Position numbers and translations under genes: made by a program. A stretch of DNA of 62,422 bases, the filler included, from Nemertoderma westbladi (taxonomy: Eukaryota > Animalia > Xenacoelomorpha), in the NCBI GenBank assembly GCA_032718475.1. It is 3 parts of 3 records of this genome, joined end to end, with 100 filler letters (N's around TTAATTAATTAA, not from the genome) between each part and the next. Parts side by side here need not be neighbours in the genome. Positions count along the whole stretch, not along the records: positions 39,276 to 62,422 come from JAUCBJ010003598.1; 2 more parts are not named here. One strand, given 5' to 3'. The notes under the pieces were generated by a model. That model searched no databases. It worked only from the letters and a program-made list of their open reading frames with translations, and was not told the DNA's origin. Shown here piece after piece: positions 61,621 to 62,422 of this stretch. The stretch's first letter is position 1. Each line of letters starts with the position of its first letter.

Positions 61621-61841
61621 GGCCGAATTATTATTGGGCCAGATAATTAAAAAGAACGGTTGGAGGCGTTCTAGTCTGGTAATCACGACGAAGCTCTACT
61701 GGGGAGGTCCTGCAGAGACCGAAAGAGGTCTCAACCGGAAACACATAGTGGAAGGCCTGTCTGAGTCACTCTCTCGTCTGGGTCTCTCTTATGTTGATAT
61801 TGTATTCGCCAACAGACCAGATTCAACAACCCCGATGGAAG
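61621..61841 (+). CDS. KCNAB: KCNAB next exon
   Basis: TTTCAG|G GCC GAA..., translating as [46 protein letters not shown]...[16 protein letters not shown], donor G|GTTCGG. Phase is compatible with the previous exon. The gene continues beyond the window. Confidence 0.95.
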
Positions 61842-62422
61842 GTTCGGTAGAATAATTTAATCATCATTAATGGATTAATTAATTAAAGCTACAGTATGTT
61901 GTTATATAAAACTCTATGTTATCTGTAATTTTATAATCTAATAAATCTCCTCAGTTTGGATGTATAATGTTCATCGATGCGCGTCGACAGAATTCGCTTT
62001 CGTTCGTTGCTTTGTGGCTCAATCGAGGCGTATTTATTTACACGATACAGACAACAACTGTCACTGTCTCCGGGTTTTACTTCACACATTTGTTTGTGTG
62101 AAACCGTATTTTGTGGGCGCTGCGACATGTTGTGAGACTGAATCTATTTGCACAGCATAGGCTGTGTCCTCAGCCTGAAAATGGAAACATTATTCTATTT
62201 CGATATTCTTAACAATCAGTTTAAGCTGACACTTTGCAGATTTCCCACACCATACAGGCGTTGCTGTGATGGTGTGGCTGCTGATCCTTAAGCCGTTCTC
62301 CCTGTTCGTTGTTAGGCTGTTCACGTAACATCAGAAGCACTCATGCGCCAGAAAGCTGTGACAATTACTTGCTTAGAATGGCCATAGGCTTTCTAATAAA
62401 TATACAATTTTCCTAGATAAAT

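Noticed and set aside
61931-62128. GIY-YIG (Penelope-like) endonuclease fragment suggested by KRILSTRIDEH
   Set aside because: The YIG motif and Cys pair are absent and no RT is adjacent. One short motif is insufficient.

Overview
Repeat-dominated eukaryotic DNA, probably from an invertebrate. It consists of three contigs joined by two identical 100-bp N-TTAATTAATTAA-N spacers (13492-13591, 39176-39275). Host genes are sparse: the last coding exon of a melatonin-receptor-like class A GPCR (- strand), two exons of a voltage-gated K+ channel beta subunit (KCNAB, aldo-keto reductase fold, + strand) and one possible decayed extracellular-domain exon. The rest is transposons and satellites. These include two Helitron/HINE-type elements, a hATm transposon with 8-bp TSD, one near full-length and several partial RTE LINEs, a CR1/L2-like remnant, a BEL/Pao LTR element with an unusually long gag N-terminus, a decayed Ulp1-peptidase ORF, MULE-type foldback elements, a P-type palindromic MITE carrying a piggyBac, a Tc1/mariner derivative, a tRNA-derived SINE and more than ten tandem arrays. 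I found no clearly new multi-gene system. The most notable signals are a 9-copy tandem array of the KCNAB splice donor, directly demonstrable TA-centred micro-insertions that look like excision footprints, ultra-short perfect palindromes, a sequence module shared between MITE superfamilies and a four-level nested insertion. All calls come from reading motifs by eye, no database search was run, and copy numbers are approximate.
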